A stretch of 64,000 nt of DNA from a bacterium. GTDB taxonomy: Bacteria > Bacillota_I > Bacilli_A > RFN20 > CAG-826. Made by a program: the position numbers and the translations under genes. Location of the stretch: assembly GCA_963638555.1 (NCBI GenBank), contig CAVHQU010000001.1:169309-233308 (forward strand). Direction: 5' to 3'. Below, one piece after another: positions 36,662 through 47,313 of this stretch. The notes under the pieces were generated by a model. That model had not been told where the DNA came from and made no database searches. It saw only the letters and a program-made list of their open reading frames with translations. The first letter of the stretch is position 1; each line of letters opens with the position of its first letter.

Positions 36662-36904
36662 AAATACACGCCTCCGCTATTTTTAAAATCTTTAACAGTT
36701 TTTTCTAATATAAATTCGTTTTCGGTTTGAGTAAGAATTTTGCATTTATTACCATTTCTATACTCACCATCAGAATCGGCTAAATTAAGAGTTTTCATTC
36801 CTTTTAATTCAAGTTCATATGTGTTGACATAACCGCCACTCTCATATTTGCTAGCTCATAAGTTGGTTGTCAATTATTTCATTTGAACCATGATAAACTA
36901 TCAT
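36658..36904 (-). pseudogene. Frameshifted remnant of a small gene (N-terminus MIVYHGSNEIIDN, DUF3990-like from memory)
   Basis: A 17-codon ORF from ATG 36904 ends at TAG. A +1-shifted frame then continues ..SKYESGGYVNTYELELKG..KDFKNSGGVYF* to 36658. Neither piece passes the ORF-track length cutoff. Confidence 0.25.
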
Positions 36905-36956
36905 GATTGTATTTTACTACAATATTTTTTACTTATATTCTTGTATTTGAATACAA

Positions 36957-37712
36957 CTATTTAATGAATGACGAAATCAAGGAAACCACTTCTTTTCTTT
37001 GCTCTGTAACTGTTATTGTTGGAGTTCCGTCACCACTTTGAATGCCATAATCTCCAAAATACGAATGTATTCCGCCTTCAATCGTATGTTCTTCTAATTG
37101 AGGAAGATATTGCTTGTTTGATTCATATTTGCCTTTATTGATAACCTTATCGTTACTTGCCAATAAAGATAATGTTTTTAAGTTACTAGAAGTTAGATCA
37201 ACGGTTGAATATGCAGCCAAAAGAACGACCCCGTTATACTCTTTTGAGTGATTTCCTAGATATGAACACGCCATTGCTCCGCCCAAAGAATGGCCGCCAA
37301 TATACCAATTAGTGACATTCGGCATTAAAGATTGTTTGTTATCTGCACCATTCATATTAAAAACAGCTAAATTGAATGGCATCTTAACCAAGACCGATGA
37401 AATGCCTTGATCAGATAGATCTCTCAATAAGGGGGCATATGCCTTATATTCAACTTTACCGCCTGGATAGAAAATAAATCCGTTTGTGGATTTTCCATCT
37501 TTTGGTTGGAAGGTAACGTAATCGTTTTTATCTTCTACTTTAGATAATGCTGAATCATTCAAATACGTTAACGCATCATTTGTGGCATGCTGATAAATGC
37601 CAACATAAATAAAGAATGCAGCCGCTACCGCTACAAGCACTCCACCAATTGAGGATGAGATAATAATTATTCTTTTAGTTCTTTTTTTCATAACACGAAT
37701 ATTATCGTTCAA
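36957..37712 (-). CDS. Membrane-anchored alpha/beta hydrolase
   Basis: N-terminal TM helix and nucleophile elbow GGHSLGGAMA. Confidence 0.7.
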   Translation of the reverse strand: MNDNIRVMKKRTKRIIIISSSIGGVLVAVAAAFFIYVGIYQHATNDALTYLNDSALSKVEDKNDYVTFQPKDGKSTNGFIFYPGGKVEYKAYAPLLRDLSDQGISSVLVKMPFNLAVFNMNGADNKQSLMPNVTNWYIGGHSLGGAMACSYLGNHSKEYNGVVLLAAYSTVDLTSSNLKTLSLLASNDKVINKGKYESNKQYLPQLEEHTIEGGIHSYFGDYGIQSGDGTPTITVTEQRKEVVSLISSFIK

Positions 37713-37717
37713 TATCC

Positions 37718-38221
37718 TTATTTCTTAAATGATATATTCTCTAATTTAAGAAGCTTTTCTTTTCTATCTATTCCTCCAGCATATCCAACTAAAGAACCAT
37801 CTTTGCCTAAAATCCTGTGGCAAGGAATTATTATGGATATAGGGTTATGTGATATGGCATTGCCAGCAGCTTGGGCAGACATTTTTTCTTTATTTAATTT
37901 ATGCGCTACTTCTTTTGCTATTTCACCATATGTTTTAGCGTGTCCATATGGAATAGTTAGAAGAATATCTAGAACTAGTTTTTGAAAAGGAGAGAACCCG
38001 TATGCTAATTTAGGAGTAAATTTTGGTTCCTCTCCAATAAAATAAATATCAAGCCAACGTTTGGTTTCTAAAATTGTCGTAGTGTCTTTACATTCTGTTT
38101 TATCAGTTAACTTAGATCCAAAATATTTCTGATCATTGAACCACAAGCCAATAAGAAAACCATCCTCTTCAGCAAGAGTCATCTTTCCTAAAGGAGATTC
38201 ATATTCAGAAACGTAAATCAT
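37718..38221 (-). CDS. ogt: Methylated-DNA-protein-cysteine methyltransferase
   Basis: Active-site motif IIIPCHRILG plus the TYGEIA helix-turn-helix block. Confidence 0.85.
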   Translation of the reverse strand: MIYVSEYESPLGKMTLAEEDGFLIGLWFNDQKYFGSKLTDKTECKDTTTILETKRWLDIYFIGEEPKFTPKLAYGFSPFQKLVLDILLTIPYGHAKTYGEIAKEVAHKLNKEKMSAQAAGNAISHNPISIIIPCHRILGKDGSLVGYAGGIDRKEKLLKLENISFKK

Positions 38222-38222
38222 A

Positions 38223-39758
38223 TTATTCTAATTCAATTGTGCTCGGTGGTTTTGATGTGAAATCATAGACAACGCGGTTAACCCCTTTGACTTCATTGAC
38301 AATTCTATTAGAAATATGAGTAATGACCTCAAACGGAATGTTTGCAGGCTTAGCAGTCATGAAATCATCTGTTGTTACTGCGCGTAAAACAATCGCATAG
38401 TCGTATGTTCTACCATCACCCATAACACCAACAGAACGCATATTTGATAATGCGGCAAAATATTGATTTATCTTTTTATCTAGACCAGCATTTTTTATTT
38501 CTTCGCGGAATATCGCATCGGCGTCTTGAACAATTTTGATCTTATCTTGCGTGATATCACCTATGATTCTGATGCCCAATCCAGGTCCTGGGAATGGTTG
38601 ACGATAGACTAATTCGGCTGGTATCCCTAACAATAAACCAAGTTCTCTAACTTCATCTTTAAATAAATCTTTTAAAGGTTCAACGATTCCTTCAAAGCCA
38701 ATGTCTTTTGGAAGGCCACCAACATTGTGGTGAGATTTAATCGTTTGAGATATGCCTAAACCAGATTCAATACGGTCTGGATAAATAGTTCCTTGCGCTA
38801 AATATTCACATGCAGGTATCTTCTCCTTTGTTTCTTTAAAAACATCAATGAAAGATTTACCGATGATTTTTCTCTTTTGCTCAGGATCAGTGACTCCTGC
38901 AAGACGTTCTAAGAATAACTTAGAGACATCGACAGGGATGAAATTGAATGAGAATTTAGATTTATCGGAGAAGAGAGATATAACGGACTTTGCTTCATCT
39001 TTTCTTAATAAGCCATGATCGACGAATACGCATGTAAGTTGATCGCCAATAGCTTTGCCAATTAAAGCAGCAACAACGGATGAGTCAACTCCACCAGAAA
39101 GAGCACAGATGACCTTTTTATCACCAACTTGTTCTTTGATTTCTTTAATTTTGTCATCAATGAATGAAGATGGTTTCCATGTTGGTGAACATCCACAAAT
39201 ATCCCAAACAAAATTTTCTATCATCTTTTGTCCATACTCTGAATGTTCTACTTCAGGGTGGAATTGCGTTGCATAAAGTTTTCTTTCTTCGTTTGCGTAT
39301 ATTGCATTCTTGCAAGCTTTAGAACTTGCCAAGCATCTAAAACCTTCTGGAAGAACTGTAACTTCATCATTATGGGACATGAAAACGTTATTGATTTCAG
39401 GAACGCCTTTCGTCAAAAGAGAGGATGCGTGTACTGATATTTGAATATTTCCATATTCGGTATTACCTCTATTTTCGACTTTTCCGCCTAAGGTATAAGC
39501 CATAAGCTGGCAACCATAGCAAATGCCAAGAATTGGTTTTCCTAAAGAAAAAATCTTCTCATCGATATGAGGAGACTTAGGATCATAAACGGAATTAGGG
39601 CCGCCAGTAAAGATGATGCCCTTAACATCAGGAGATGCTAAAACATCTAATGATGTCGTGAAAGGAAGAACTTCCGAGTAGACGTTGGTTTGTCTGACTC
39701 GGCGGGCAATCAATTGGTTATATTGACCACCGAAATCTAAAACTATTATTTTTTCCAT
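38223..39758 (-). CDS. guaA: GMP synthase (glutamine-hydrolysing)
   Basis: GATase domain (GICYGCQL), ATP-PPase P-loop ([10 protein letters not shown]) and conserved C-terminus (PPSTIELE). Confidence 0.95.
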   Translation of the reverse strand: MEKIIVLDFGGQYNQLIARRVRQTNVYSEVLPFTTSLDVLASPDVKGIIFTGGPNSVYDPKSPHIDEKIFSLGKPILGICYGCQLMAYTLGGKVENRGNTEYGNIQISVHASSLLTKGVPEINNVFMSHNDEVTVLPEGFRCLASSKACKNAIYANEERKLYATQFHPEVEHSEYGQKMIENFVWDICGCSPTWKPSSFIDDKIKEIKEQVGDKKVICALSGGVDSSVVAALIGKAIGDQLTCVFVDHGLLRKDEAKSVISLFSDKSKFSFNFIPVDVSKLFLERLAGVTDPEQKRKIIGKSFIDVFKETKEKIPACEYLAQGTIYPDRIESGLGISQTIKSHHNVGGLPKDIGFEGIVEPLKDLFKDEVRELGLLLGIPAELVYRQPFPGPGLGIRIIGDITQDKIKIVQDADAIFREEIKNAGLDKKINQYFAALSNMRSVGVMGDGRTYDYAIVLRAVTTDDFMTAKPANIPFEVITHISNRIVNEVKGVNRVVYDFTSKPPSTIELE

Positions 39759-39850
39759 ACGCTCTATTTAACCACTTAAGAAAAAATCAAAGCAACATAA
39801 AAGTGCTTAACAATGTATAAATATTTTTACGCCTCTTCAATCAAATCTCA

Positions 39851-40534
39851 TTAAAAATGAGCAAGCGTTTCTATTAAATCATCTATAACTAAATCAACCT
39901 TTATATTGTCAGTATCAATGCTCTTCTTGTTATAAAAACATGTCTTCATTCCAAAATCTCTTCCGCCAGCCATATCTGAAGTTAAGGAATCACCAATAAT
40001 GCATGTTTCTTCAGGCAATATTTGTTGTTCTTCATTCAATTCTTTAAACGCGCCGGAAAAGAATTCTTTAGATGGTTTGGAATGGCCAAGTTTTTCTGAA
40101 ATGAAGAAATATTTGAAACATTTATCCATATTGGCAATTTTTAAACGATGTAACTGTTGTTCATAAGGGCCATTTGATGCAACACACAAGATATATTTCT
40201 TTGAAAGGTATTCAAGCATCTCATAAGCATGAGGAACCACTATTGCACTTTCAAAAAGATTATCTTTGTAATATCTATCAAATTTAACACTGTCAAACTC
40301 TATGCCTAATTTATCGAAAAATCTTTGAAAACGAACTTTTTGGAGTTCAGGCATGCTAATTTCACCTTTTTCTATTTGTCTCCAAAGTTGATTGTTAACT
40401 TCATGAAAAATATCAAGCATGCTCAAATCAAATTTTCCTAAAGAAAAATCGGAAAAACCTTTTTCAAGAATATATTTTGTATATTCATCAAAATCTAAGA
40501 GAGTGTTATCTACATCAATGAATATCGCTTTCAT
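39851..40534 (-). CDS. HAD-superfamily hydrolase (YjjG-like nucleotidase subfamily)
   Basis: Motif I FIDVDNTLLDF and motif IV GDSLTSDMAGG. TATAAT lies 7 nt upstream of the ATG with no SD. Confidence 0.7.
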   Translation of the reverse strand: MKAIFIDVDNTLLDFDEYTKYILEKGFSDFSLGKFDLSMLDIFHEVNNQLWRQIEKGEISMPELQKVRFQRFFDKLGIEFDSVKFDRYYKDNLFESAIVVPHAYEMLEYLSKKYILCVASNGPYEQQLHRLKIANMDKCFKYFFISEKLGHSKPSKEFFSGAFKELNEEQQILPEETCIIGDSLTSDMAGGRDFGMKTCFYNKKSIDTDNIKVDLVIDDLIETLAHF

Positions 40535-40837
40535 GATTCATATTATATATAAAAAGATTATGAAATGCTCATAACTGTTTCTTTACAAATATTTTTACAT
40601 TTGGAAAAGAAATAAAGGTTCCTTCGATTTAAAGAAAAACAAGTTAACTTTTTTATATTTTTCGCAGTGCAATATCGCATTATAAATAAAATCGATAATT
40701 TGTCACTAACTTTTTTTCAATTTTACTAGTTAATATCTAATGATTTTTATCTGTAAGCGCTTTCAGTAAAATTATGAAAAATAATTATTTAAATTTTCAC
40801 GCACGTGTATAAAATCACGTCATCGAGGTAAAAAACT

Positions 40838-43072
40838 ATGAAAAAATCCAAATTATTAGCAGTCACTCTTCTAGGAGCAGTCTTGGCCTTAGCAGGTTGT
40901 GGCGAAACTCACACTTCTTCATCCGAAGGAGCATCTTCATCCACTGAATCTAGCGTTTCCGGAAGTTCATCATCTTCATCGTCAAGTTCAGAAGTTTCAT
41001 CTTCATCATCCGAAGAAGCATCAAGCAGTTCATCAAGTTCTGATTCAACACCAGCAGGTTTATCAAAGGCTGATGTTTCTGACATCATTGCAAAAGCAAT
41101 CACAGCTCAAGGAACAAAAGTCTGCAGTGGTGTAATGTCGGATGATTATGGTTCAACCACATCATATGAATATGGTACAGATAAGTACGGTAACTTCACA
41201 AAGATTACAAATTCCTATAGCACATACTATTATGGTTATAATGCTGCAGGTGACATCTACGGTCTCCAAGTCTCATCGTATAATGGATCTTTATCAACCC
41301 CATGGAGCGTTGATGCAAAATCAATCTACGGCCCTAGCGCATATTTTTCTTCTGTAAACACTGGTTCATACCTTTATGGTGTTCAAGGCATTCTTGAGCA
41401 TATCTCTGGCGTTATTGAAGCCGATGCCAATGGTGATTTTGAAGTCGATGGCGATAGCACAGCATTCTCATTTAGCGTTGGTGTCGTCGGAACATTATGG
41501 GGCAGCACGGCCTTACATGTATGGTCACTTGATTTCACGATGGAAGATGACATAGTTAGTGTCCTTACAGTCAAATGCACATCATATACAGGTGACAATA
41601 TCGAAGCCGATTATGAAACAAACAAATATTCAGTTGTTGAAGGAGCCGATGCTGAACAAACAACCAGATTTGTATTCGCTCAATCAATTGGCGACAAAAC
41701 TGCAACAAACCCATATGATATCGAAGGTTTATATTTCACTTCCGTCAACTACAAAGATTCCGATGGAAACGATCTTGGCGCAGAATATTCAGTAGGTGCA
41801 TCCAGCAACATTGCCTTTACTGTTGATTCGTATGAACCATCTACAGCAAGCTTTAGCATCGATGGAATCACGTTGACCCACGATAATACCGACAATCCAT
41901 ATGGCATCTCTGGTGGTTACTACAATGGCAAATATACCATCTACGCTTATAACGAAGGCGACTACAACGTTACACTATCAACAGCCCACACTTCTAAGAC
42001 ATTCCTTCTCCACGTCACAAAACCAACAGCAAGCGAAATCAGCTATGTCCAAGGTTATACAAAAGAAGGCGATACATATTCTTATGTCGATGTTAATGAA
42101 GAAGCCAAAGCAACCGTCTATGCTGGACAATCTATCTCTTTAAGCGCAACAATTTCTCCAACAAAAGCTGATCAATCCTACACAGCAGAGATTGTAGGTG
42201 ATAATGCTGATGATGCAACATTGGTTTCCGAAACAATCAAACCAGATACATGGTCTGATGATACAAGTGTTTATACATTCACATCCAACGTCCCAGGCAC
42301 ATACGAAGTTAAGATTACTTCCGCAACAGTTACAACTGTCAGCAAGACAATCACAATCACTGTCGTTGCTGCTCCAGAACTCTCTGGCTTACTTGCAAAG
42401 AGATATACATACACAGTCGCTGAACCTGGCACTGGCGTTAAGATCTACGACGATATCACATTCACCCCAAGTGCATCTGATGCAACAACAGGTACCGTTT
42501 CTATCTACACATATGACTATGAAAATTCAACTGGCTCTACCGTTGAATGCTCCTACACATATGATGCAGTAACAAGATCATTCTCATTAACGAAAGATGG
42601 CGCAGCGTATACGACTGTAAGCTTAGCATTCTCCACATCCTATAACTTAGTAATTACAACTGGAAGCGGTGATGATGCAGTTTCAACAATCGTTAAAGAA
42701 TTCGATGTCGCAACAATCTTAAAGAACACAGCCTGGTATGCTACAGCCAGCAATGATGCAGATGTTTCCTTTAGTTTCATGTACGATGGAACAGTTTCAT
42801 TCGAAACATGCATTTCCGGATATGATGAATGGGGCGATTGGGATTACACGCTTGATGCATATAAATACTATATGGATTACTCCATCAGTGAAACAGATGA
42901 AGGTTATGTTATCGTTCTCAGCCAAGATGACTTAGACGAAATTGCCGAAATGGATTCTGGTTTCGATGGAATCACTAAGATTGTTATGGCAAAGGATTTC
43001 TCCAAACTAAGCGTCACTCTCTCTTATGATGGAACGGCCGAAACTGTAGACTGCTCTTATACCAGAGGTTAA
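40838..43072 (+). CDS. Large surface lipoprotein with Ser-rich linker
   Basis: MKKSKLLAVTLLGAVLALAGC lipobox followed by about 50 aa of poly-Ser/Glu. SD gaggt. Confidence 0.7.
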   Translation: MKKSKLLAVTLLGAVLALAGCGETHTSSSEGASSSTESSVSGSSSSSSSSSEVSSSSSEEASSSSSSSDSTPAGLSKADVSDIIAKAITAQGTKVCSGVMSDDYGSTTSYEYGTDKYGNFTKITNSYSTYYYGYNAAGDIYGLQVSSYNGSLSTPWSVDAKSIYGPSAYFSSVNTGSYLYGVQGILEHISGVIEADANGDFEVDGDSTAFSFSVGVVGTLWGSTALHVWSLDFTMEDDIVSVLTVKCTSYTGDNIEADYETNKYSVVEGADAEQTTRFVFAQSIGDKTATNPYDIEGLYFTSVNYKDSDGNDLGAEYSVGASSNIAFTVDSYEPSTASFSIDGITLTHDNTDNPYGISGGYYNGKYTIYAYNEGDYNVTLSTAHTSKTFLLHVTKPTASEISYVQGYTKEGDTYSYVDVNEEAKATVYAGQSISLSATISPTKADQSYTAEIVGDNADDATLVSETIKPDTWSDDTSVYTFTSNVPGTYEVKITSATVTTVSKTITITVVAAPELSGLLAKRYTYTVAEPGTGVKIYDDITFTPSASDATTGTVSIYTYDYENSTGSTVECSYTYDAVTRSFSLTKDGAAYTTVSLAFSTSYNLVITTGSGDDAVSTIVKEFDVATILKNTAWYATASNDADVSFSFMYDGTVSFETCISGYDEWGDWDYTLDAYKYYMDYSISETDEGYVIVLSQDDLDEIAEMDSGFDGITKIVMAKDFSKLSVTLSYDGTAETVDCSYTRG

Positions 43073-43102
43073 TATATCTCTTCGGAAAGAAGACTATATT
43101 AA

Positions 43103-45709
43103 ATGAAAAAACAAATATTAATTACCAGTGCGGCTATGCTTATGGCATTAGCTGCCACTGGTTGTAACGGAAACAATCAAAGTTCAGAAAGCGACGTTGC
43201 TTCGTCAGATGATTCTACGAGCAGCGTTGCTTCCTCCTCATCCGCTTCACCAATCATCGTTGATGATTTCTCTGAAGCATTAAGCAATACACGTTACTAC
43301 GCAATCACGAGCTCATCCGGCGAGAAAACATATTACACAGAAGTTTTTACTGATAACTTCTACTATAGTGGCACTAGCTCATCCGGATACATGATTCCCG
43401 AAGAAGATAGTGGATACATCCACCCAGTATCGGGCAATTACAGTGATGGCGAAGATGGTTCATATTCTTTAGCAATTAACGTTTATGGGCGTGTAGCTGA
43501 AGCCAAGCAATATTCAGTTATCAGAAGTTCTACATTCTTAGGTTTGGTCAATAATTACGTAAAAACTTTCGAAAAGGTAAGTGATACAAAATTCAAATCT
43601 ACTGATGAAACTCTTATTTCTGAAGTTGCATATTTCTTTGAATCCAAATTGCTTCGCTACGCCAATAACATCGTTTTTGATGTTGATGACTTAGGCAGAA
43701 TTTCTCATCTCTACATTAACGAAGACGATGAATCACTCATGGATTCAGCAATCTCTGAGGTCGAACGTACAGATGTCTACCTATATAACGACTGGGTAAA
43801 GAATGGCTCAATTATTGAAGATCGTATCCAAGACTACAAGAACTTAGATAGCGCTCTTCTTAACCCAAAGTCTCTTTACAATAACCAAATCGTCAAATTC
43901 AACGCAATAGTCACTGGTGTCGATGACAATGGTGATGTCTATGTTGCCCAAACAGATTCAACAGGCGTTAACATTGGCATGCGTATCGAAGGAGTCTCTA
44001 ACAAAAACTTCGAAGTCTATGACAATGTCGTAGTTGAAACCACAATTGCAACAAATAACAATGTTGTTTACGGTACGAATGGTGTTATTACATACGTCTC
44101 TGAAGGCAATTATATTCCTCAATTTTCTGAAGAGGGGATTGTTGATTACTATGGTGGAGGATACTATGCCTACTACTATTTCTCTTCTTCTACATACTAC
44201 GCTGATTCGATCTATACGACATATGCATATGTTGCTACATTGCCAGAATTGGTTTCCGGTAAGGATTTAGTCGTATCACTTGTCTTCCCTAATGTTTACA
44301 GCGCTACCGAGACTTATTATGCAAGTTTTGTCCTTCCTTCATATTTAAACGATGAAACAAGAACATTGGCATATAACACTCTTAAAGCAGCTGGTATCTA
44401 TGGCGAAGATGATGCATATGAATTATGTTTTGACTCAATCATCATGAGAAGAAACGCTTCAGTTAAAGGTTTCTCCCTTCAACTCCTCCCAAGTTCTTTA
44501 ATTTATAAGAAGCTTACGGCCGTTCAAAAGATTGAACAAATATGTGGCTTAGCAAACTTCCCGTTGCCAACAAGCGTCACTCCTTTATCATATAAATTTG
44601 GTAAAGGCACTGACTACAATCTTGAATCACAATATGGAATCACAACCAGCGATAACGTTAACGGTTTGTTCGTTGGCGAAACTGATATTTCAGAAGATGA
44701 CTACAATACATTTATCTCTAGCCTAGAGACAATAGGTGTCACCAAATATGATGAAATAGAGGATACGTATAGCTATCGTCACCTCATTTACACATATAAT
44801 GGCTACATCATTGATACGATGTTTGTTGCAGCCACTTGGATTGGGGCTTCAAACCAATTAAGTATCTGGATTTATAAATCCGATACCGCAAATATAGTTA
44901 GATGCCCAACCGTTCAAGAACGCATAAAGGAAAAAGCCCCATGGTTTGATTCTTCATCTTTCTTGAGATATGCAGATAGCTATGACGCAGATTATCACGT
45001 CTTTGAAATTAGTAATTACGCTAACGTTCAATATGACGAACCACTAATCGCCGTAACATTAGATCTCAACACAAATGTTGGCGAAGATTACAAAAAGACT
45101 CTTGTTCAGACGATGGGTTATAAGCAATACAAAGTTGATGGTAAATCCTATACCTATAAATCAAGAGGACAAGTCCATTACGTCTTTCAAAAAGATGAAG
45201 GCCAATTCGTTGATGTTGCTACATATCCAACAACCGATTATACATACACGGGTCACGCCAAATGGAATTACCGTGTTGAAATACTAATCTATCGTGGAGA
45301 TGCTCCAATCACTGTTCCAACCTATTCTGATTTGACTCCTCTATCAGATTTGTATGCGGCTAAGGATTCTTCTCTTGCATATGCCTCAGCATTACCAAGC
45401 GACGCTAAAGTCGAAGTATGGAAAGATATGTGGGAAGATGATCCATATTATGATCTTCTCAAATATGGCTATTGTCACCGTGATGAAGCGTTCGTATACA
45501 CATCAAATATTGATGAAGCATACGAATCAATCAAGACAGGCTTAGCAAACGCTGGATATAAAGAGTCCGAAACATATGAAGAATATGAAAACTGCACTCT
45601 TTATAGCAGGGTCTTCAAAGGTGAATATTATTACGTATTCGTCATGAAAACCACAAAAGGCTATGTACGCGTCATAAACGACTTAGGCGGCATGGATTTC
45701 TATAGTTAA
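43103..45709 (+). CDS. Large surface lipoprotein
   Basis: MKKQILITSAAMLMALAATGC lipobox followed by a Ser-rich tract. 868 aa, no domain I recognise. Confidence 0.7.
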   Translation: MKKQILITSAAMLMALAATGCNGNNQSSESDVASSDDSTSSVASSSSASPIIVDDFSEALSNTRYYAITSSSGEKTYYTEVFTDNFYYSGTSSSGYMIPEEDSGYIHPVSGNYSDGEDGSYSLAINVYGRVAEAKQYSVIRSSTFLGLVNNYVKTFEKVSDTKFKSTDETLISEVAYFFESKLLRYANNIVFDVDDLGRISHLYINEDDESLMDSAISEVERTDVYLYNDWVKNGSIIEDRIQDYKNLDSALLNPKSLYNNQIVKFNAIVTGVDDNGDVYVAQTDSTGVNIGMRIEGVSNKNFEVYDNVVVETTIATNNNVVYGTNGVITYVSEGNYIPQFSEEGIVDYYGGGYYAYYYFSSSTYYADSIYTTYAYVATLPELVSGKDLVVSLVFPNVYSATETYYASFVLPSYLNDETRTLAYNTLKAAGIYGEDDAYELCFDSIIMRRNASVKGFSLQLLPSSLIYKKLTAVQKIEQICGLANFPLPTSVTPLSYKFGKGTDYNLESQYGITTSDNVNGLFVGETDISEDDYNTFISSLETIGVTKYDEIEDTYSYRHLIYTYNGYIIDTMFVAATWIGASNQLSIWIYKSDTANIVRCPTVQERIKEKAPWFDSSSFLRYADSYDADYHVFEISNYANVQYDEPLIAVTLDLNTNVGEDYKKTLVQTMGYKQYKVDGKSYTYKSRGQVHYVFQKDEGQFVDVATYPTTDYTYTGHAKWNYRVEILIYRGDAPITVPTYSDLTPLSDLYAAKDSSLAYASALPSDAKVEVWKDMWEDDPYYDLLKYGYCHRDEAFVYTSNIDEAYESIKTGLANAGYKESETYEEYENCTLYSRVFKGEYYYVFVMKTTKGYVRVINDLGGMDFYS

Positions 45710-45715
45710 TAATTC

Positions 45716-45741
45716 CCGATCTCTCAAGAGATCGGTTTTTT
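45716..45741 (+). terminator. Rho-independent terminator
   Basis: Stem ccgatctc/gagatcgg followed by tttttt. Confidence 0.65.
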
Positions 45742-45849
45742 CTATTTGATGGTATTTAGTCAAAAATGTACTTAAATTTTATTTAAAGGAAATAATTGAC
45801 TTAAGGATTATGCTCAAATAGAATTAAGCGTGTTTGGAGGGGAACGATT

Positions 45850-45966
45850 ATGAATATATTAGCCGGATTATCAATAATGGCTACTTGCATCACTTTTAAT
45901 GCATTCAAAATTGGCGAATCTACAATAGAAAATCCATTAGGAACACTACTGGGAGTAAAGCAATGA
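45850..45966 (+). CDS. 38-aa hydrophobic small ORF (possibly the decayed N-terminus of a membrane protein)
   Basis: Strong SD (ggagg) 9 nt upstream. MNILAGLSIMATCITFNAF... A second short hydrophobic ORF follows in another frame. Confidence 0.25.
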   Translation: MNILAGLSIMATCITFNAFKIGESTIENPLGTLLGVKQ

Positions 45967-46080
45967 TGTTGGCATCTACGTTATCGATGGTCAGTATTGC
46001 ACTAATAGTTGGAGTTTGATACCAAATGAATAAAAATATGTTTTTCCCTGTCCTCCGCCTTACTTTTTTCGTGTAGTAAG

Positions 46081-46734
46081 GTGGATTTGGATAATTATCA
46101 CTCAGACACACTAATCAATATTTTCAAAACACAAAAATCTTGGTCTAATCAAAATAGTTTTCGTTACAAAGAGAAAGATGGTTTTATTTGCTCTGCATTT
46201 TTTTCTATCTACGACAATTGCATCTATGGCCTATTTGGTGGCACATATTGCAAATACGATTTTGAAGAAGAAATCGCAACTTTTATAGAAGATAACGCCA
46301 AAAGAAACGTAGTTTATCCTAAAATCTCAAACATTGATGAATTTTTTTCAACAATATGTGATGAATATAGCTATGAAAAAATCATTTCAGCAAATGACTT
46401 ATTGCCAGGCGTTGAGGATATTTTGCTAACTTGCGACAGCTGGCAATTAATCCTTGATTCAGAATCTCCACGAATCGTCAAAATCTTTTCATTTGAATCG
46501 TTTCTAAAAAGCGAAAAAATAATTTCAGCAATTAAGACCGTTTATAAAACAGAAGAATCCTTTAACGCATGGTTAGAGTCAAGTAAATATACATTTGATG
46601 ATGAAGAAATAGCAGTTGGTATTAGTTTAAATAAAGAAAGAGATCAAATCATTCCTCAAATCAATGTGGGGTCTTTAAGCACTTCATTTGAAAGATATGG
46701 AGATTTTAGTAGTTACCCTAACTATTTTAACTGA
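46081..46734 (+). CDS. Hypothetical protein, non-ATG start, no internal Met
   Basis: 217-codon open frame starting at GTG/TTG with no ATG codon anywhere. A 16-codon ATG ORF ends just upstream, so this is possibly the 3' part of a disrupted gene. Confidence 0.4.
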   Translation: MDLDNYHSDTLINIFKTQKSWSNQNSFRYKEKDGFICSAFFSIYDNCIYGLFGGTYCKYDFEEEIATFIEDNAKRNVVYPKISNIDEFFSTICDEYSYEKIISANDLLPGVEDILLTCDSWQLILDSESPRIVKIFSFESFLKSEKIISAIKTVYKTEESFNAWLESSKYTFDDEEIAVGISLNKERDQIIPQINVGSLSTSFERYGDFSSYPNYFN

Positions 46735-46807
46735 ATAACAAATTTCTCTTATTACATCGTTTATAAATATCCATTTTTGCAAGCTTAATAAAATCTTCAT
46801 CATTTAA

Positions 46808-46843
46808 ATCAAAAATGTGAGATAGTTTTCTTCTATCTCACAT
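46808..46843 (-). terminator. Rho-independent terminator of the small minus-strand unit
   Basis: 11-bp stem atgtgagatag/ctatctcacat with a 7-nt loop and ttttt on the minus strand. Confidence 0.6.
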
Positions 46844-46918
46844 GCTTATGGTTTGAATCTATGTAAACTATATATTCTTATTACTATATTGGCATTACCT
46901 TATCTTACCTCCTAGTAA

Positions 46919-47089
46919 CTAATCTCTCTGAAGATCCCATAAATCTTCGAATGAGTCTTTCGTTCCCATCATTGTATTTAAATTTTCGATTAATAAGTCG
47001 GTTGATGGTAACTCAACTTCTAACCCAGTTCTACTATTTTGAATTTCTATCATATATTATCTTTTAAGAATTCCCTTCCTTAGTTTCAT
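46919..47089 (-). pseudogene. 56-codon small gene interrupted by an in-frame TAA (10-aa + 44-aa pieces)
   Basis: Strong SD aaaggagg 8 nt before ATG 47089. Reads MKLRKGILKR-TAA-Y-MIEIQNSRTGLEVELPSTDLLIENLNTMMGTKDSFEDLWDLQRD*, both pieces in the same frame. Confidence 0.4.
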
Positions 47090-47152
47090 AAGAGCTACCT
47101 CCTTTAATTCAAGAGTAACATTTTCTTTGTTTTTGTTTCTCTTGATGGCAAC

Positions 47153-47181
47153 ATTATGACCTATTATGTAATGATTGTCAA
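47153..47181 (-). promoter_or_regulatory. Consensus-like promoter TTGACA-N17-CATAAT
   Basis: Minus strand reads TTGACAatcattacataataggtCATAAT, about 60 nt upstream of ATG 47089. Confidence 0.55.
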
Positions 47182-47313
47182 TACCTAAAGTAACATTTTT
47201 TTATTTTCGTAACTTTATTATATACTGTATAGAAAAATCTAGTATGTAATTGCCCTTTTGATAAAGGAGCGTATTCTAACAGTAGAAACGAAACAGCATA
47301 GAGAGGAACAACT

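Noticed and set aside
39759-39850. Purine riboswitch upstream of guaA
   Set aside because: The leader is only 92 nt. It lacks the conserved junction and loop sequences of guanine/adenine riboswitches and has no convincing three-way junction.
40930-41060. Ser-rich coding tracts of the lipoproteins as exact tandem (VNTR) repeats
   Set aside because: Codon usage varies (tca/tct/agc/agt mixed) and no exact multi-copy unit is visible. These are low-complexity regions rather than true tandem repeats.
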